Assembly: GCA_963805625.1 (NCBI GenBank)
Contig: CAWDVE010000019.1
Coordinates: 288,001 to 352,000, forward strand
Length of the DNA: 64,000 bases
Source of the DNA: an uncultured Candidatus Rokubacteria bacterium
GTDB lineage: Bacteria; Methylomirabilota; Methylomirabilia; Rokubacteriales; DASRDR01
Direction of reading: 5' to 3'
In this document: positions 60,505-64,000 of the stretch, in pieces
Layout: each line of letters begins with the position of its first letter
How positions within the stretch are numbered: position 1 is the stretch's first letter
Program-made: the position numbers and the translations under genes
Notes under the pieces: generated by a model
The model's input: only the letters and a program-made list of their open reading frames with translations
Databases searched by the model: none
What the model was told of the DNA's origin: nothing

Positions 60505-61185
60505 CTATTGGGCCTGATCGCGCTCGGACGTGGATGTCTTGGCCTGTTCCTCCTCCGAGTAAGCGGAGAAGACCACGTCGGCGCGCGCCATCTTCCGGTA
60601 GAAGGCATGCTCACGGGCGAGTTCCCGGGTTCCGTAGAACAACTGGTCGAGGCCGAACCACACCGCGAACCACCCAGCCGGCTCCAAGAGCACGTGAAGG
60701 ACGGTACGGGCGACGGTCTCCGGCTGTCGCCTGAGCAGCGCCGACACCGTCATGACGGTGAACCCTGCCACTGCGACGGCCAAGCTTCCCCACACCGCCC
60801 GACGGCGCTCGCTTCTGAGGCGGTCGGCGTGCCTCCGGAAGTGATCGCGGAGACGCTTCCGGATCGTGGCCTCGTCGTTGAGGTTGCGCACGTGGGTCGG
60901 CACCAGAAAGCGGAGCTCGGGCACCTCGTCACGACGATCCCGCACCGCGCGCTTGGCCTCGGCCACGAAGTCCTCGGACAGTGCCCGCTGGCCATAGGGA
61001 CGGGGATCGAAGTCGGAGAAGATGTCCTCGTACGTGTCCAGCCACAGGCTGACGGCGCCGACGGCCGGGTTCGGCTCTCGCGTGCGATCGCTGCCCGGGG
61101 TGGTCTTGCCGGTGGGCGCTCGACCGGGGGTGGTCGCCCCCGATGCTGCCGTCCCCAGACCCGTCCGGCCGGCTTGCCCGGTCAT
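60505..61185 (-). CDS. Hypothetical two-TM membrane protein
   Basis: LDTYEDIFSDFDPRPY..RALSEDF, two hydrophobic helices, EPAGWFAVW; ATGA overlap with the upstream stop. Confidence 0.65.
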   Translation of the reverse strand: MTGQAGRTGLGTAASGATTPGRAPTGKTTPGSDRTREPNPAVGAVSLWLDTYEDIFSDFDPRPYGQRALSEDFVAEAKRAVRDRRDEVPELRFLVPTHVRNLNDEATIRKRLRDHFRRHADRLRSERRRAVWGSLAVAVAGFTVMTVSALLRRQPETVARTVLHVLLEPAGWFAVWFGLDQLFYGTRELAREHAFYRKMARADVVFSAYSEEEQAKTSTSERDQAQ

Positions 61186-62132
61186 GCCCGCGCCGGTGGC
61201 GTCACCAAGTCCACATGCGGGCGCCGTCGACATGAGCGAGCCCGGGCTCGACGAGGGAGCCTCACGCGGAGCCCATGGCACTCCACTTCCCGACCGCGGA
61301 CGACACGCTGACCGGCGAGCGGGCCCTGCGTCTCCGTGACGACCGTGTCCTGCCCTTCTCGATGATCGTGGTCGTAGTGGTAGACCACCACCCAGTCGTG
61401 GGTGCGATCGAGCTCGTGAGCGCGCGCGGTGTTCGAGTAGAGTGCGGTGAAATGCCATCGCCCCCGATGCGTGTGGAGCACGGGCAGCCAGGGCTTTCCC
61501 TCGGGGTTGAACCTTCGGGGTGCGATCATCCGCAGTTCGCCCGCTGCGGCTTTCTCTCGGTACTCGCGATCGACGTCGAGCAGCATCGCCACCCCCGGGC
61601 CAGTCGGTTCGTGATGGACCGTCCGTGTCGAACCGAGCAGGCTCTGCAGCGCGCCGCGGATCGCTGCGGCGCGGCGGGCGCCGATTCCCGGCACCGCCTC
61701 GAGGCGCCCGTCATGTGCAGCGATCTCGAGGCCTTCCAACGTGTCGATGCCCAGCGTGTCGTGGATGCGGTGGGCAAGGCCGGGGCCGATACCGGGGACC
61801 GTCTGGAAGACACGCACCGGATCGAGCGTGCCCCGGAGCCGCTCCAGCTGGCTCCACCGGCCGGTTCGCAGCATCTCGACGATCGCCGCGGCGATGCCTT
61901 GGCCGACGTGGGGTAGCGCGAGCAGCCCCTCCACGCCCTCTCCCTCGAGGACCTGCCGGAGATCGCGATCCGCGTGCGCGACGGGGTCCGCCGCCCGACG
62001 ATACGCGGACACGCGAAACGGATTCGCCCCCTGCTGGGCGAGGAGATCGGCGACTTGGCGAAGCTTGGCCGCGATTCCCTGATTCACCGACGGCAATGCG
62101 GGCGCGTGCGACGGTTCGGGTCCGGGCGTCAT
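61182..62132 (-). CDS. PolX-N-terminal-like helix-hairpin-helix protein with uncharacterised C-domain
   Basis: ANPFRVSAYRRAA, VPGIGP, VPGIGARR; C-domain PRRFNP..WLPVLH..FTALYSNTARAH..DWVVVY. Confidence 0.8.
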   Translation of the reverse strand: MTPGPEPSHAPALPSVNQGIAAKLRQVADLLAQQGANPFRVSAYRRAADPVAHADRDLRQVLEGEGVEGLLALPHVGQGIAAAIVEMLRTGRWSQLERLRGTLDPVRVFQTVPGIGPGLAHRIHDTLGIDTLEGLEIAAHDGRLEAVPGIGARRAAAIRGALQSLLGSTRTVHHEPTGPGVAMLLDVDREYREKAAAGELRMIAPRRFNPEGKPWLPVLHTHRGRWHFTALYSNTARAHELDRTHDWVVVYHYDHDHREGQDTVVTETQGPLAGQRVVRGREVECHGLRVRLPRRARARSCRRRPHVDLVTPPARA

Positions 62133-62491
62133 CAGAACGCGAGCTTCCCCGCTCGCAGCTGCGCCCGCGGACTTCCACCTCCGCGCACCTCGTGGGTGCC
62201 ACGATCCCAGACAACCACTGGGCCAGCGTCGTACTGCCCGGGCGGGATGATCCCCTGGAAGCCGATGTACTCCACGGGATGGTCGGGCACTCTCACTGCG
62301 AGCCGTCGCTCGGCAGGGTTCATGGAGGGGCCCTTGGGCACGGCCCACGACGTGAGCACGCCGCCGAGCTCGAGCCGGAAGTCGTAATGCAGGCGGGATG
62401 CCTTGTGCTCGTGGACTACGAAGCGCCCCCGTACGACGCGGTCGGTCTGCCGTTCGCTCCGGCTTGCGCGCCCGGTGTCAGCGCCGCACAT
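62132..62491 (-). CDS. LigD 3'-phosphoesterase domain, stand-alone and apparently C-terminally truncated
   Basis: [41 protein letters not shown]; ends at GKLAF; start uncertain. Confidence 0.75.
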   Translation of the reverse strand: MCGADTGRASRSERQTDRVVRGRFVVHEHKASRLHYDFRLELGGVLTSWAVPKGPSMNPAERRLAVRVPDHPVEYIGFQGIIPPGQYDAGPVVVWDRGTHEVRGGGSPRAQLRAGKLAF

Positions 62492-62570
62492 AGACCCAGA
62501 CGATCACCGCGGCGACTAGCACGACGACGGCGGCCACGATCGCCCACTGATCCTGAATGGCCTCGACCAT
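62478..62570 (-). CDS. 30-aa single-TM microprotein (not in ORF track)
   Basis: GAGGAGG RBS, ATG; [30 protein letters not shown]; first ORF after a sigma54 box. Confidence 0.7.
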   Translation of the reverse strand: MVEAIQDQWAIVAAVVVLVAAVIVWVYVRR

Positions 62571-62626
62571 CGGTATCCTCCTCGCTCCGCTCGAAGCGGG
62601 CCGGCGAGCTCATGTGCCGACCACCC

Positions 62627-62642
62627 TGCATCGCGAGTGCCA
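62627..62642 (-). promoter_or_regulatory. sigma54 -24/-12 promoter
   Basis: minus strand TGGCACTCGCGATGCA. Confidence 0.75.
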
Positions 62643-62715
62643 GCTTGGGCCCGCGGTGGCAGCCACGCGCGGCTCGGAGTCGCCCGGCATCGTCCACGGT
62701 CGGATGTGCCCCTGC

Positions 62716-62753
62716 TGCCCTGCTCGTGCCCCACGTGGGGCGGGCAGGCCCCA
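62716..62753. promoter_or_regulatory. Tandem upstream activator sites
   Basis: TGGGGCGGGCAGGCCCCA 62736-62753; half site TGCCCCA ending 62733. Confidence 0.75.
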
Positions 62754-62758
62754 GCCCC

Positions 62759-63943
62759 TCAGATCACTCCATGGGCGCGGCCCACCTTGAGAAATGCCGT
62801 CACCGCATGCTCGAGGTGCTCGCGCGAGTGGGCCGCGCTGATCTGGACGCGGATCCGAGCCTGCCCCTTGGGCACCACCGGATACCAGAAGCCGACCGCA
62901 TAGATCCCCTCACCGAGGAGATCGGAGGCCACGGCGTGCGCGAGCCGCGCGTCGCCGAGCATGATCGGGACGATCGGATGCTCCCCGGGGCGGATCCGGA
63001 AGCCCGCGTGCGTCATCGCCTCCCTGAACCAGCGGGTGTTGGCGGCGAGCCGGTCACAGCGCTCGGCGGTCTGGGACAGCAGTTCGAGGCAGGCGAGGGA
63101 GGCGCACACGACGGCCGGCGCGAGGCTGTTGGAGAACAAGTAGGGACGCGACCGCTGGCGCAACAGCGAGACGATCTCTTGCCGGCCGGTCGTGAAGCCC
63201 CCACTGGCACCGCCAAGGGCCTTGCCGAGGGTCGACGTCACGATGTCCACCCGACCCGACACGCCGCAGTGCTCGGGCGTCCCGCGGCCAGTTGGGCCGA
63301 AGAAGCCGGTGGCGTGGCTGTCGTCGACCATCACGAGTGCCCGATACCGGTCGGCGAGATCGCAGAGCTGGCGCAGCGGCGCGACGTCGCCGTCCATGGA
63401 GAAGACGCCGTCGGTCGCGATGAGTCTTGTCCGCGCTCCGGCCGTCTCCCCGAGAAGCCGTTCGAGCTCGTCCATGTTGCCGTGGGTGTACCGGTGTCGC
63501 TGAGCCTTGCACAGCCGAATCCCGTCGATGATGGACGCGTGGTTCAGGGCGTCGGAGATCACGGCATCCTGCTCGTCGAGGAGCGTCTCGAACAACCCCC
63601 CGTTGGCGTCGAAGCAGGAAGAGTAGAGGATCGTGTCCTCCGTCCCGAGGAACCGCGTGAGCGCCGCCTCGAGCTCCTTGTGGATCGTCTGGGTGCCGCA
63701 GATGAAGCGGACGCTCGACAGCCCGAAGCCCCATCGCGCCAGGCCTTCCTGGGCTGCCCGGACGAGGTGGGGATCATCGGCCAGGCCGAGATAGTTGTTG
63801 GCGCAGAAGTTGAGGACGCTCCGGCCATCGACCGTGATGGCCGCTCCCTGAGGGCCTTCGATCGCGCGCTCGTGCTTCGTGAGGCCGGCGGCCTCGATCT
63901 CGTCGAGCTCGACCTGGAATCGCCGTCGCGCTGACTGGTCCAT
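62759..63943 (-). CDS. kbl: Glycine C-acetyltransferase (2-amino-3-ketobutyrate CoA ligase)
   Basis: [52 protein letters not shown]. Confidence 0.95.
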   Translation of the reverse strand: MDQSARRRFQVELDEIEAAGLTKHERAIEGPQGAAITVDGRSVLNFCANNYLGLADDPHLVRAAQEGLARWGFGLSSVRFICGTQTIHKELEAALTRFLGTEDTILYSSCFDANGGLFETLLDEQDAVISDALNHASIIDGIRLCKAQRHRYTHGNMDELERLLGETAGARTRLIATDGVFSMDGDVAPLRQLCDLADRYRALVMVDDSHATGFFGPTGRGTPEHCGVSGRVDIVTSTLGKALGGASGGFTTGRQEIVSLLRQRSRPYLFSNSLAPAVVCASLACLELLSQTAERCDRLAANTRWFREAMTHAGFRIRPGEHPIVPIMLGDARLAHAVASDLLGEGIYAVGFWYPVVPKGQARIRVQISAAHSREHLEHAVTAFLKVGRAHGVI

Positions 63944-64000
63944 GTCATCCTCCGCCGTAGCGCCGCCGGATGTTAGGCACGAGATACTCGCGCAGCGCTC

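Overview
This is a very GC-rich bacterial window. Gene content and style suggest Ca. Rokubacteria/Methylomirabilota, which is an inference only. Left to right: (1) a USP-TerC-CBS operon, putA, and a small dioxygenase/aromatic cluster (1-10 kb); (2) a partly decayed arsenic/organoarsenical resistance cluster with acr3, two broken arsC, two arsR, a flavoprotein, two MFS, arsN and arsM (10.5-18.8 kb); (3) a ~44 kb low-oxygen/stress island (18.8-62.7 kb); (4) kbl. The island encodes a periplasmic NXR/NAR-type molybdoenzyme operon, NrfAH, a ba3-type oxidase, a formate/nitrite channel, many USP and CBS proteins, Hsp20, a baeRF release-factor homolog, PpsA, a DNA-repair set (LigA, PolX, HhH protein, LigD phosphoesterase), a PAS-GAF histidine kinase and a sigma54 activator. 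The main unannotated structure is regulatory. Eleven promoter regions in the island carry a sigma54 -24/-12 box (TGGCAY-N5-TTGC-like). Ten of them have a tandem pair of an 18-bp palindrome, TGGGGCG-N4-CGCCCCA, roughly 60-160 bp upstream (nine loci, one shared by two divergent promoters, plus a weak tenth). This points to a self-contained sigma54 regulon that resembles the mycobacterial DosR hypoxia regulon in content. Start codons were adjusted by eye, and all functions are inferred from motifs, not from database searches.
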